A DNA stretch of 64,000 nucleotides from Desulfobacterales bacterium (GTDB lineage Bacteria > Desulfobacterota > Desulfobacteria > Desulfobacterales > UBA5852), in assembly GCA_963674755.2 (NCBI GenBank), contig CAXXVS010000002.1:480001-544000 (forward strand), in the 5' to 3' direction. Position 1 is the first letter of the stretch; every line of letters starts with the position of its first letter. The notes under the pieces are model-generated. The model ran no database searches, was not told the DNA's origin, and saw only the letters and a program-made list of their open reading frames with translations. A program made the position numbers and the translations under genes. This document shows positions 28,301 to 38,281 of the stretch, piece after piece.

Positions 28301-29068
28301 ATGAAATATCTGATTTGCGGCAAAGGCGGCAGCGGTAAAAGCACCCTGGCCGTTTTGATGGCCCGATCTTTCCAGCGTATGGGACGGCGCGTGCTGCTGG
28401 TGGATGCCGACGAGTCCAATTTAGGACTGCACCGCCTGGCCGGCGCGCCTTCGGCCGAAACCCTGCTGGACGCCTTGGGGGGCAAGGAGGGCCTGCGGGC
28501 CCGCAAACAGTCCCTGCGGCCGGCCCACGCCTGCCCGGCATTCTACGAGGCGCCTTTCACCTGGGAGGACATCCCGCAGGGCTGCGTTCCCGAGGCCGAC
28601 GGCCTGCGCCTGCTTAAAATCGGGAAGATCAAATCTTTCGGCGAAGGCTGCGCCTGCCCCATGGGCGGGGTTCTGCGGCCTTTCCTGAATCATTTCCAGG
28701 CCGGCCCCGGGGACCGCGTGGTGGTGGATATGGCCGCCGGCGTGGAGCATTTCGGGCGCGGTGTGGACGCCCATGGCGACCGCATCATCGGCGTGATCGA
28801 CCCCTCCTTCGAATCCTTCAAACTGGCCCGCATCATCATGGACCTCTCCCAGGGGGCCGGCACGCCCATCGCCTTCGTCCTGAACAAGGCCGACGAGCGC
28901 ATGCGGGAGGCCATCGGCCGCTTTATCGATCCCGGTCTGATCTGGGCCGAAATCAGGGACGAAGAGGCCTTGTTCATGGCCGGCCTCGAGGGGCGTCCCC
29001 TCGGTCTGGCAATTCCGGCCATCGACGCGCTCTGCCGGAAGCTGGAGCCGGGCGAGGCTGCCGCCTAG
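28301..29068 (+). CDS. CooC/AcsF-like nickel-insertion ATPase
   Basis: GKGGSGKST, DADESN, GEGCACP, DMAAGVEHFGRG. Confidence 0.88.
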   Translation: MKYLICGKGGSGKSTLAVLMARSFQRMGRRVLLVDADESNLGLHRLAGAPSAETLLDALGGKEGLRARKQSLRPAHACPAFYEAPFTWEDIPQGCVPEADGLRLLKIGKIKSFGEGCACPMGGVLRPFLNHFQAGPGDRVVVDMAAGVEHFGRGVDAHGDRIIGVIDPSFESFKLARIIMDLSQGAGTPIAFVLNKADERMREAIGRFIDPGLIWAEIRDEEALFMAGLEGRPLGLAIPAIDALCRKLEPGEAAA

Positions 29069-29071
29069 ACC

Positions 29072-30571
29072 ATGTCCACCCTGCCTGAGCAATCATTTGC
29101 CGATGCCCTTATCCGGTTGGAAAACATCACCCTGCGGGTGGGTGGGCGCTGGATTCTTCCGGGGACGTCCTGGACGATCCGGCCAGGTCAGAACTGGGTT
29201 GTCCTGGGCGCCAACGGCTCCGGTAAAACCTCCCTGACCGCGGCCCTGACCGGTGAAGTGCCGGTGGTCACCGGTCGTCGCTGGCTCAATCCGGACATGA
29301 TCCGGGAGAAGGACATGGCGCGCCTGGCCTTCGACACCCACCAGCGCCTGATCGCCCGGGACGAGGCCCAGGACGAGTCCCGTGAATTTGCCGGCCTGGA
29401 AGAGGCCGGCCTGTCCTTACGCGCGCTCCTGAAGACAACCGGCCGGGCGATTGCGCCGCTGCCGGAGGTTGCCCACCGTCTGGCCCTGACGCCGCTGCTC
29501 GACCAGCCGCTCAGGAGCCTGTCCACCGGGGAGATGCGGCGTTTCCTGTTGGCCCGGGCCCTGTTGCGCAAACCCCGCCTGCTGATTCTGGACGAACCCT
29601 TCGACGGGCTGGACCCGGTCATGCGGCGCCATTTCGCGGACATGATCACAGGGCTGGTCCGGAAGGGCCTTCAGACCGTTTTGGTGACCCACCGGCAGGA
29701 AGAAATCCTGCCGGTCATGACCCACTACCTGAGGCTGGGGGAAGATGGCGTTTTCGATCAGGGCCCACTGCCCATCACGCTTTCATCCCCAAGCGTCGCG
29801 GGACCGGAGCGACAGACTGCGGCGCAATGGCCGTCCAAGGCATCCGCCAGGCCCATCCCCGGGACCGCAAGGGGCGCGCTCCCGTTGATCCGGATGGTGG
29901 ATGTCTCGGTGGCTTATAACGCGCGCCGGGTGCTGGAGAAATTGAACTGGTGTGTCAGGGGAGGGGAGAACTGGCTTGTTTCCGGGCCCAACGGGGCCGG
30001 CAAGTCGACCCTGCTGAGGCTGATCAGCGCGGATCACCTCCAGGCTTACGCCAACGACATCTTCCTCTTCGGTCGCAAGCGCGGATCGGGGGAGAGCATT
30101 TGGGAAATCAAGCAGCGCATCGGACTGGTGTCCGGTGAGTTCCAGGTACGCTACCGCAAGCCCATCAGCGGGTTCCAGGTGATTTTGTCCGGTTTCTTCG
30201 ATTCGGTGGGGCTTTTTCGCCAGGCCAGCCCGGCCCAGCGCGAACAGGCCCGGGACTGGGTCGCCCGCCTGAAACTGGAAACCCTGGCCGAGGGGCGTTT
30301 CGACCGGATGTCCAGCGGCCAGCAGCGGATGGTGCTGATTGCCCGGGCCGTGGTCAAAGATCCCGCCCTGCTGATCCTGGACGAACCCTGCCAGGGGTTG
30401 GATGCCGCCAACCGAACCCGGGTGCTTGCCATGGTGGCGCACATCGGTGCCGCGACGCCCACCAACCTGATCTACACCACCCATCAGGCTGACGAGCGGC
30501 CCCCATGCATGACGCATGAACTGCAGCTTGCCGGAGACGGAAGTTGGGCCTGCCGCTCTTTAACCGCTTAG
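29072..30571 (+). CDS. modF: ModF-like double ABC ATP-binding protein
   Basis: Two ABC domains; LSTGE; FGRKRGSGESIWEIK; LDEPCQGLD. Confidence 0.8.
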   Translation: MSTLPEQSFADALIRLENITLRVGGRWILPGTSWTIRPGQNWVVLGANGSGKTSLTAALTGEVPVVTGRRWLNPDMIREKDMARLAFDTHQRLIARDEAQDESREFAGLEEAGLSLRALLKTTGRAIAPLPEVAHRLALTPLLDQPLRSLSTGEMRRFLLARALLRKPRLLILDEPFDGLDPVMRRHFADMITGLVRKGLQTVLVTHRQEEILPVMTHYLRLGEDGVFDQGPLPITLSSPSVAGPERQTAAQWPSKASARPIPGTARGALPLIRMVDVSVAYNARRVLEKLNWCVRGGENWLVSGPNGAGKSTLLRLISADHLQAYANDIFLFGRKRGSGESIWEIKQRIGLVSGEFQVRYRKPISGFQVILSGFFDSVGLFRQASPAQREQARDWVARLKLETLAEGRFDRMSSGQQRMVLIARAVVKDPALLILDEPCQGLDAANRTRVLAMVAHIGAATPTNLIYTTHQADERPPCMTHELQLAGDGSWACRSLTA

Positions 30572-30578
30572 AAAGGGA

Positions 30579-31472
30579 ATGACATCGATGGCCTTCAGCG
30601 GGACGATACCTGCTGCTTCGGCTAAGCTCGATGCGCATGCGCGGACCGTGTTGGGGGGGACTTACTGCCATCTTTCGGACGGCGTCACCCATTACCGGTT
30701 GAGCGGACCGGTCGACGGCCAGCTCGTGGTGCTGGTGCACGGCGCAGCCGTGCCCCACTGGATCTGGGACGCCCTGGCAGACCGTCTGGCGGCCAACGGG
30801 TTGCGCGTGCTGTGCTACGACCAGTTCGGCCGGGGCTATTCCGACCGTCCTAGGGTGACCTACGAGCGCGCCCTGTACGAACGCCAGCTGCACGAGTTGG
30901 TGAACCACCTCGACTTGCAGGACGCTTTCCATTTGGTGGGCCTCTCGATGGGCGGGGCCACGGCCGTCAACTATACCGCCCGCCATCCGGAACGCGTCCG
31001 CCGGCTGGTCCTCATCGCACCGGTGATCAACAATTATAAGGTTCCGCCCATCCTGCGGCTGCCAGTGGCAGGGGAATTGGCGTTGCGCCTGGTGGGTCAG
31101 CGGCTCATGCGCAAGCGGTTTGCCGAACTGAGCGCAACCCTTCCCGACTTCGAACGGGTTCAGCTCAAGTTCGTGGCGCAGACGGCCTACAAGGGATTCC
31201 AGCGCTCTTTTCTGTCCATGATGCGCAATGACGCCCTTGGCAACTATGACGCGGTTTACCGGATCGTGGGCCGGCAGGATCGGGAGATCCTCTTGATCTG
31301 GGGCGAAAAGGATGCCGAGATCAGCGCGGAGATGATCGCGGATGTGCGGCGCTGCATGCCCCATCTGCATTTCCGACCGGTGGCGGAGGCCGGCCATGGC
31401 ATCGTTCTGGAAAAGCCGGATCTGGTGAACGATTGGGTCCTGGGGTTTTTGCGAAGCGAAAACCGCCCTTGA
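30579..31472 (+). CDS. Alpha/beta hydrolase
   Basis: LVHG, GRGYS, GLSMGG nucleophile elbow, WGEKD, AGH. Confidence 0.88.
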   Translation: MTSMAFSGTIPAASAKLDAHARTVLGGTYCHLSDGVTHYRLSGPVDGQLVVLVHGAAVPHWIWDALADRLAANGLRVLCYDQFGRGYSDRPRVTYERALYERQLHELVNHLDLQDAFHLVGLSMGGATAVNYTARHPERVRRLVLIAPVINNYKVPPILRLPVAGELALRLVGQRLMRKRFAELSATLPDFERVQLKFVAQTAYKGFQRSFLSMMRNDALGNYDAVYRIVGRQDREILLIWGEKDAEISAEMIADVRRCMPHLHFRPVAEAGHGIVLEKPDLVNDWVLGFLRSENRP

Positions 31473-31732
31473 GGATGACGCACCGTAACAATGTGAAAAA
31501 TCGTGGCGCTGAACCGGCCCAGGGCTAATCCTGGGGAGGGAAGGGAGGGATCGCCAGTCCTCTGAAATCTCCTTGGGATAAGTGCCGCGACCCATCTGTA
31601 AAAAGACCAATCCCCACCCTTCAGTGCGTGCGGGTCGCTAAATTGGGGGCACGCGCTGCCAGCTACGCTTAATGCCGGCAATGATGATGGACGCCAGCGC
31701 CGGCCTTCAATCAACAAATCAGGAGCGGTGTT

Positions 31733-31900
31733 TCAGGGAGTCCCCGGGCGCGCAAGGCCGAAAGAGAGTTTCTTGGCCTCGTCGGGGGTTACTTCCTGCA
31801 TTTTCTTGCCGCAACAGAGCAGATCGCCGTCGCCACCCTTGAGAACGCTGACGATGCAGCCGCACTCCGTACATTTGTGGACATCGGCTTTCCGTGTCAT
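31733..31900 (-). CDS. Stand-alone desulforedoxin-like Fe(Cys)4 protein (55 aa)
   Basis: Manual translation MTRKADVHKCTECGCIVSVLKGGDGDLLCCGKKMQ...; CxxC-x15-CC; AAGGAGG RBS; absent from ORF track. Confidence 0.85.
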   Translation of the reverse strand: MTRKADVHKCTECGCIVSVLKGGDGDLLCCGKKMQEVTPDEAKKLSFGLARPGTP

Positions 31901-32154
31901 GACAAACCTCCTTTTGGAATGGGTGTTCCTTCAGAGCGGCGGTCTGCCGAAGCTTTTCTAAGGTCGTGTCAGTCGCAGGTCCGGGAAGAAGGTGTGGGTG
32001 GGAACGGATTGTGGGATAGACAACGCAGATTCGCTTGAGTCTATGATGCGGACCCATTTCCGCATCGGTCAGGATCGCTTCGGGCCGCAGCCTCTGTCGG
32101 AGTTCTTCGGTTTTAATTTTAAGCATTGAAAAACCATCTGTCGATACCGATCCG

Positions 32155-32601
32155 CTATCCCGCCAGTTGGCGGGCGGCCCAGGCGATGACCAGGTAGCGG
32201 CCGGCCTTGCCCACGGCCACCAGGGGGATGAAGCGCGTCAACGGAACCTTGAACATGCCGGCCACGAGACAGAGGGGATCGCCTACAATAGGGGTCCAGG
32301 CCAGGAGCAGGGACCAACTGCCCCAGCGGCTATACCAGCTCTCGGCCCGCCGGCGGTCGGCCGCGTCGATCCGCAGCCAGCGCTGCATGACCCACCGGCC
32401 GCCCCACCACCCCACGGCCCAGGTGGTCGCCGCCCCCAGGGTGTTGCCGGCCGTGGCCACCGCCACCGCCGCGGTCATGTCCACCGGTTGGATCACGATA
32501 GCCGCCAGCAGCCACTCCGAGGCGATGGGAAGCACGGTGGCGGCCAGAAAGCTGATGCAAAAGAGGGCCGGCAGCCCCCACTCGACGAGAACGGTTTCCA
32601 T
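32155..32601 (-). CDS. YqaA/DedA (VTT) family membrane protein
   Basis: FLAATVLPIASE, GNTLG, WTPIVGDPL, GKAGRY. Confidence 0.88.
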   Translation of the reverse strand: METVLVEWGLPALFCISFLAATVLPIASEWLLAAIVIQPVDMTAAVAVATAGNTLGAATTWAVGWWGGRWVMQRWLRIDAADRRRAESWYSRWGSWSLLLAWTPIVGDPLCLVAGMFKVPLTRFIPLVAVGKAGRYLVIAWAARQLAG

Positions 32602-32769
32602 TTCGCCAAGGCTTCTAAATCGGCGGGCGCCGTGCTGTCAACAAGGTGGGAAAAGGCCCTCAGGGGATTGGAACGCTCCGGCCGTTGGAATTGACCCCGG
32701 TCCTTGGGGTGTTATCTTTAGATGATCGCTCCCACCCCACACCGCAATAACCGATGTCAAGGAGATCCC

Positions 32770-35301
32770 ATGAACAAGACACGCCAGATGGAAGCCTTTG
32801 CTTCACCGCCCCTGGATCCCAGCGTTACCACCTTCGAATGGGACGCGGGGCTTTTCGAGCCCGACACCGTGGTCGGCCTTAAACGGGACATTATCCGGCA
32901 CATCGTCTCCAGCCTGGGGCTCGATTATGCCCGCCGCGGCGCCTACAACTATTACCACGGACTGGCCCTGACCGTGCGCGAGCGGATGATCGACCAATGG
33001 ATCAGGACCCAGCGCTCCTACTACGAAGACCAGAGCAAACGCGTCTACTACCTGTCCATGGAGTATCTGCCCGGCAAGTCGCTCTTCAACAACCTGCATT
33101 GTCTGGGGATTTACGACGAAGCCAAGCAGGCCCTGGCCGAATTCGGCCTCGACCTCGATGAAGTGGCCGAGGTGGAATGGGACGCCGGCCTGGGCAACGG
33201 CGGGCTGGGCCGCCTGGCCTCCTGCTACCTGGACGCCATGGCCACCAAGGGCATCTCGGGCTACGGCTACGGCATCCGTTACGATTACGGCATGTTCCAC
33301 CAGGTCATTGAAAACGGGGCCCAGGTGGAACTGCCGGACAACTGGAACCAGCGGGGCAATTCCTGGGAATACGACCGGGGCCGTTTTCTGCACGAGGTTC
33401 GCTTCTTCGGCCGCGTCGTCTCCTGGGAGGATGACCAGGGCCGCCTGCGCTACGACTGGGTCGACACGGAAAAAGTTCTGGCCATGGCCTGCGACTTTCT
33501 CGTACCGGGCTTCCGCAATGACCAGGTGCTCAACGTGCGGCTGTGGTCGGCCCGATCGGACACCGAATTCAACCTGGCCTATTTCAATACCGGCGATTAC
33601 ATCGGCGCCGTAGAAGCCAAGATCCGCGACGAGGTGATCTCCAAGGTCCTCTACCCCCGGGATGAAGATCTAAAGGGGCGCATGCTCAGACTCTCCCAGC
33701 AGTATTTCTTCGTAACCGCCTCCCTGCAGGACATCCTGCGCCGCTACAAAAAGACTTACACCACCTTCGACAAATTTCCCGAAATGGTGGTCATCCAGCT
33801 CAATGAAACCCATCCTTCCATCGCCATTCCCGAATTGATGCGGATTTTCCTGGACGAGGAACTGATGGACTGGGATACGGCCTGGGACCTGTGCACCCGC
33901 GTTTTTGCCTACACCAACCACACCATCCTGCCCGAGGCTCTGGAAACCTGGTCCTGCTCTCTGATGGAAAGGCTTTTGCCGCGCCACATGCAGATCATCT
34001 ACGAAATCAACTATCGGTTTCTGCAATGGGCCCGGCCCCACTGTCCGGAGGGCATGCATGAAGACGATTTTCTGGGGCGGCTGTCCATTATCCAGGAATC
34101 CCCCACGAAGGCCGTCCGCATGGCCCATCTGGCCATCGTGGGCAGTTTTTCGGTCAACGGCGTGGCCGCCATGCACAGCGAAATTTTGCGCAAGGTCATC
34201 TTTCCCGAATTCGACAAGCTTTTCCCGGGCCGCTTCCGCAACATCACCAACGGCATTACCCCGCGCCGCTGGCTGCACCAGTGCAATCCCGGCCTGGCGG
34301 CCCTGATCAGCGAAACCATTTCCGGGGACTGGTGTCAGCACTTGGAGCAATTGCACGCCCTGGCGCCCCATGCCGAAGATGCCGAATTCCGCGCCCGCTG
34401 GCGGGCGGTCAAGCAGGCCAACAAGGAACGCCTGGTCGACTATGTGGCCTACAAGGTGGGCCTGACCTGCCACCGGGACGCCCTGTTCGACGTGCAGGTC
34501 AAGCGCATCCATGAATACAAGCGCCAACTGCTCAACGTGCTCCACGTGATCACGCTCTACAATCGGATCAAGGCGGATCCCGGGGGGACTTTCACCCCCC
34601 GTGTCGTGTTTTTCGGCGGCAAGGCCGCGCCGGGCTACCGGATGGCCAAACTCATCATCCAGCTGATCAACGCGGTGGCCGAGGTGGTAAACAACGATCC
34701 GATGGTGGACGGACGGTTGCAGGTGATCTTTCTGCCCAACTACTGCGTCTCCCAGGCCGAACGGATCATTCCCGCCGCGGAGCTCTCGGAGCAGATATCC
34801 ACGGCCGGCTACGAGGCCTCAGGCACCGGCAACATGAAGTTCGCCCTCAACGGCGCCCTGACCATCGGCACCCTGGACGGCGCCAACGTGGAGATGGCGG
34901 AGGAGATCGGCAAGGCGAACATGTTTATCTTCGGGCACACCGCCGAGGAGATCGCCGAGCTGCGCCAAAACGGCTGCGATCTCCGGCAATTCTACGACAA
35001 CGACCCGGAACTGCAACAGGCCTTGCAGATGATCGTGGACAATGCCTTTTCGCAGGCATCCCCCGGCCTGTTCGCACCGATAACGGACGCGTTGCTGAAG
35101 GGCGGCGACCGCTACTGCATCCTGGCCGACTACCGGGCTTACCTGGATTGTCAGGAAAGAGTCAGCACCCTTTATCGCGATCAGGATGAATGGACCCGCC
35201 GCTCCATTTTGAATACGGCCAACATGGGCAAATTCTCGAGCGACCGCTCGGTGATGGAATATGCGGAGAACATTTGGGGGGTAACCCCGCAATTCCCATG
35301 A
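32770..35301 (+). CDS. glgP: Glycogen/maltodextrin phosphorylase
   Basis: GLGNGGLGRL, KRIHEYKRQLLN, EASGTGNMK PLP motif. Confidence 0.96.
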   Translation: MNKTRQMEAFASPPLDPSVTTFEWDAGLFEPDTVVGLKRDIIRHIVSSLGLDYARRGAYNYYHGLALTVRERMIDQWIRTQRSYYEDQSKRVYYLSMEYLPGKSLFNNLHCLGIYDEAKQALAEFGLDLDEVAEVEWDAGLGNGGLGRLASCYLDAMATKGISGYGYGIRYDYGMFHQVIENGAQVELPDNWNQRGNSWEYDRGRFLHEVRFFGRVVSWEDDQGRLRYDWVDTEKVLAMACDFLVPGFRNDQVLNVRLWSARSDTEFNLAYFNTGDYIGAVEAKIRDEVISKVLYPRDEDLKGRMLRLSQQYFFVTASLQDILRRYKKTYTTFDKFPEMVVIQLNETHPSIAIPELMRIFLDEELMDWDTAWDLCTRVFAYTNHTILPEALETWSCSLMERLLPRHMQIIYEINYRFLQWARPHCPEGMHEDDFLGRLSIIQESPTKAVRMAHLAIVGSFSVNGVAAMHSEILRKVIFPEFDKLFPGRFRNITNGITPRRWLHQCNPGLAALISETISGDWCQHLEQLHALAPHAEDAEFRARWRAVKQANKERLVDYVAYKVGLTCHRDALFDVQVKRIHEYKRQLLNVLHVITLYNRIKADPGGTFTPRVVFFGGKAAPGYRMAKLIIQLINAVAEVVNNDPMVDGRLQVIFLPNYCVSQAERIIPAAELSEQISTAGYEASGTGNMKFALNGALTIGTLDGANVEMAEEIGKANMFIFGHTAEEIAELRQNGCDLRQFYDNDPELQQALQMIVDNAFSQASPGLFAPITDALLKGGDRYCILADYRAYLDCQERVSTLYRDQDEWTRRSILNTANMGKFSSDRSVMEYAENIWGVTPQFP

Positions 35302-35461
35302 GGCCCGGGACGTCGGATAAGACGGTGCCTTGCGATGCATGCCTGATGCGCCTGAGAGACGGTTGCGCACCAAGCGGCGCCGTATAAGGCAAGGGATGCC
35401 AGGAACGATCGATTATGATATGTGACCGAAGATCGAATGCGGAGCGGCCAATTCCTGCTCG

Positions 35462-36118
35462 ATGGAGCCACTGCGCCAACCGGAACTGCCTGTGAGACTA
35501 TCCAAAATCCATTTTACCGAAATGCTCATCGATGCCAATCCGATCGATCCCGTCGACCACCACAATTGGGCCTTCTACCCGGGCATGGGCTACGGTTCGA
35601 TGGACAAATGGTGGGGCGACCACGGAACGCGGGATTTTCCCCACGAAGGCATCGATATCTGCCTGTATGGAACCCCCAGCGGCGAGGTGCGCCGGCTCGA
35701 TGAGAAAACCCGCATCCCGGTGATGGCCGACGGAGTGGTCCGGGCCATCTTTAAAGACTATCTGGGCCAGGCCGTGATCGTCCAACATGAGGACCGTGCC
35801 GCCAATGCGGGAACCTATCTGTCGGTCTACGCCCACACCCGTCCCCGGGATGGCCTGCGCCCCGGTGCTCCCGTCCGGGAAGGGGAGATCATCGCCACCA
35901 TCGCCGACACCCGCCGCTCCAAAGCCAGGATCCTCCCCCATCTGCACCTTTCCCTCGGCCGCCCCTCCCCAGACCTGCGCTACGAGAATTTCATCTGGAA
36001 CATCATGCGCGATCCTGATTGCGTCACCCTGCTGGATCCCATGGACGTCATCGATGGAACATGGCAGACGCTTGGCCCACCAAATCCGGATAGTTCCCGT
36101 ATGTCATTTGTTGGATGA
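35462..36118 (+). CDS. M23-family peptidase-like protein
   Basis: HEGID, YAH, PHLHL. Confidence 0.75.
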   Translation: MEPLRQPELPVRLSKIHFTEMLIDANPIDPVDHHNWAFYPGMGYGSMDKWWGDHGTRDFPHEGIDICLYGTPSGEVRRLDEKTRIPVMADGVVRAIFKDYLGQAVIVQHEDRAANAGTYLSVYAHTRPRDGLRPGAPVREGEIIATIADTRRSKARILPHLHLSLGRPSPDLRYENFIWNIMRDPDCVTLLDPMDVIDGTWQTLGPPNPDSSRMSFVG

Positions 36119-36396
36119 GATCTAACCTGAACCGCCTTCACCCTCCATGAGGAAAATGAAAGCATCGTTCGTGAATCGATCGAAGCCGCTCGAACCAATT
36201 CGTTAGGACCGAACGGTATTGGATGTATCTCCGATAGCAATCTCCAGAACATTTTTAAAACCAACAATGATGATTTTTTGCACAATGATAACAAGGCGGA
36301 CATGCTTATAGGGAAAACGCGATAATTCGATGATAAGTGCGCCAAAGTGGAATAGTGGACACTAAAGAGGGCTTGAAGTCAATTAGGTCGGATACA

Positions 36397-36424
36397 TTGA
36401 CTTAACAACGAGTTATGGTAGAAT
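36397..36424 (+). promoter_or_regulatory. Sigma70 promoter upstream of the cassette array (Pc-like)
   Basis: TTGACT-16 nt-TAGAAT with extended -10 TG. Confidence 0.6.
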
Positions 36425-36499
36425 TCCCATTAATATCAAATAGTCAAAGGAAAGAACATTTTTGTTTAAAAATAGCCTTTGTTGCGGAAAGGCAGATTT

Positions 36500-36521
36500 C
36501 CACTGAATAAATAAGTTGGGC
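36500..36521 (+). mobile_element. attI-like recombination site (core GTTGGGC at 36515)
   Basis: GTTGGGC complements the GCCCAAC inverse core of cassette 1; preceded by A-rich CCACTGAATAAATAA rather than an attC hairpin. Confidence 0.65.
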
Positions 36522-36535
36522 TCATAAGATTGAGT

Positions 36536-37003
36536 ATGATTACAAGCACTGAGATTGCTGGAGCGTATAGCATAGGCTTTTCTATTGGATATTTCGATAT
36601 TCAGGACATTGTGAACTGGGCTGATAATCAAATAAAAGGTTCCGATAATCCCAGCCACAGTTTTATAGAACTATCGCTCTGTTCTGGTAAGCATTCTTTA
36701 GATATTCTACATACTCTCAAGGAATTATATGGTAATAAAATTCCACCGAAATCTCATGAAATCGTTACCGGACTTATTGCCATAGATTATGCAAATGGGG
36801 GCATTCCGGAAGAACAGCTTGCTGAGTACCTTGATAGATTAGGTTATACTTTGGATGAAGGTCATTGGCCGGAAATGATAAAAAATGCAAAAGACTCTAA
36901 GGCGCGTGAAACTATAAGATATAGGCTAAAAAAATTTCTCAAACCTTATAAGTCGCTCGCAAATGAATGGGATGGTAAAAGCCCAACCATTTTCTGCACC
37001 TGA
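36536..37003 (+). CDS. Cassette 1 hypothetical protein
   Basis: ORF reading into attC1; IVNWAD...FIELSL helical pattern. Confidence 0.75.
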   Translation: MITSTEIAGAYSIGFSIGYFDIQDIVNWADNQIKGSDNPSHSFIELSLCSGKHSLDILHTLKELYGNKIPPKSHEIVTGLIAIDYANGGIPEEQLAEYLDRLGYTLDEGHWPEMIKNAKDSKARETIRYRLKKFLKPYKSLANEWDGKSPTIFCT

Positions 37004-37052
37004 CCGGTGTTCCGCTGCCGCTCCACACCGGCAGGTAAGAAATACGTTAACT
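36981..37052 (+). mobile_element. attC site 1 (72 bp)
   Basis: GCCCAAC...GTTAACT; stem ACCTG(A)CCGGTGT/ACACCGGCAGGT with extrahelical base. Confidence 0.88.
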
Positions 37053-37061
37053 GTATAAAAT

Positions 37062-37445
37062 ATGCTCCATAAACTCCGAAAAGTTCTACGTGACTTAAGA
37101 ATTGCATTTATGCATGGAAAAGCATTCAAAAAAATTGAAAAAGGGAATTATGCCGAAGCTGCTTCATTACTTGAGAGAATCTGTGGGGAAGATCCGGAAG
37201 GGAAAAATGAATATTCATATTTTTGTATTGGAGACTGCTACTACCGATTAAAGAAATATGAAAAAGCACAAAAATTGCTTAAAAAGTCCTTCGATATATA
37301 CAAAATGAATATTTTAGAAGTCAAAAATCAAAGGGATCTACGCACCTTTAGTGAATTAAAAAACACCTACATTGAAGTGCTCAGAATTAACGGTCAACAT
37401 GAAGTAGCTAAGATGATAAAGAGTAAATATAAAGTTCGCAGTTAA
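37062..37445 (+). CDS. Cassette 2 TPR-containing protein
   Basis: KGNYAEAASLLE...YFCIGDCYYRLKKYEKAQ; stop lies in the attC2 inverse core. Confidence 0.8.
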   Translation: MLHKLRKVLRDLRIAFMHGKAFKKIEKGNYAEAASLLERICGEDPEGKNEYSYFCIGDCYYRLKKYEKAQKLLKKSFDIYKMNILEVKNQRDLRTFSELKNTYIEVLRINGQHEVAKMIKSKYKVRS

Positions 37446-37497
37446 CCTGCGGCTGTTGCGGACTCGGTTCCCTCGCCGCAAAGCCAAGACGTTGGAT
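37440..37497 (+). mobile_element. attC site 2 (58 bp)
   Basis: AGTTAAC...GTTGGAT; stem GGCT(G)TTGCGG/CCGCAAAGCC. Confidence 0.88.
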
Positions 37498-37507
37498 AGA
37501 AATACAG

Positions 37508-37771
37508 ATGAAAAAACGGTCGAATAGCATTTTTTTGTGGAGTTTCATAATCATTTGGTTCGCTACATCTCTAATTCCAATAATTAATGATGACAAATTC
37601 GGATGGATTCAAGTTATGTGGGCATACGGAGGCCTTATTGTGATACTATTTGAACGAGGTCTGCGTAGCTTATTGCCAATTTGCAGTTTAGTTATAATAG
37701 GGCATATCTCCATATCAGTTCTCTTAGCTTTCGTAACAACAGGTATATTAAAAAAAAGAAAAGGAAATTAA
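37508..37771 (+). CDS. Cassette 3 small membrane protein
   Basis: 87 aa, 3 hydrophobic helices. Confidence 0.7.
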   Translation: MKKRSNSIFLWSFIIIWFATSLIPIINDDKFGWIQVMWAYGGLIVILFERGLRSLLPICSLVIIGHISISVLLAFVTTGILKKRKGN

Positions 37772-37817
37772 ACTCCCTTTAAAATAAGACAGAGGTGATT
37801 TAAATTTTCCCTGCGCT

Positions 37818-37914
37818 ATCCAACAAGTCGCTTAAGTCGTTTCGCGCACATAGGTGCGCTTCACTGGGACCTCCGCCGCCTTGCGGCTCCGGTCCCTTAG
37901 CTCCAACGTTCTGC
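37818..37914 (+). mobile_element. attC site 3 (97 bp)
   Basis: ATCCAACAAGTCGCTTAAG...CCCTTAGCTCCAACGTTCTGC, classic attC ends. Confidence 0.88.
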
Positions 37915-37916
37915 TT

Positions 37917-38276
37917 ATGAAATATGACTATTTAAAAAAACTGCCGGTCAAGAATAGGCAAAAAATGCTTGGCCTAGATTGGAATAGGAAGTATTTCCAG
38001 GGGAATAATCTGATTCCTGTAATCTTTATAATTGCGACTTCAATTATTAATAGCACACTGGCCTTAATATATAATCAAGGCATTCTCGAGGTGATTTTGT
38101 GTAATATTATAGGAATACCTGCAGCATTAGTAGTGCATTTATCAGTTTTCAGTGGGTTTATTTCATCAAATACAGGCAGCTATTTTAGACAAACAGAACC
38201 TGTCAGATATTGGTCTACGTTGTTTTTCCCCTTTATGGGATTTGTGTTAACTCAAATAGGCATGTGGTATATATAG
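37917..38276 (+). CDS. Cassette 4 membrane protein
   Basis: 119 aa, 3 TM, EPVRYW motif; ATG directly after the attC3 core. Confidence 0.72.
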   Translation: MKYDYLKKLPVKNRQKMLGLDWNRKYFQGNNLIPVIFIIATSIINSTLALIYNQGILEVILCNIIGIPAALVVHLSVFSGFISSNTGSYFRQTEPVRYWSTLFFPFMGFVLTQIGMWYI

Positions 38277-38281
38277 GGGTA

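Noticed and set aside
35980..36500. Possible intI integrase or remnant upstream of the attI-like site
   Set aside because: The listed ORFs show no R-H-R-Y tyrosine-recombinase motifs and the space is too short; a tiny remnant cannot be excluded without a translated search
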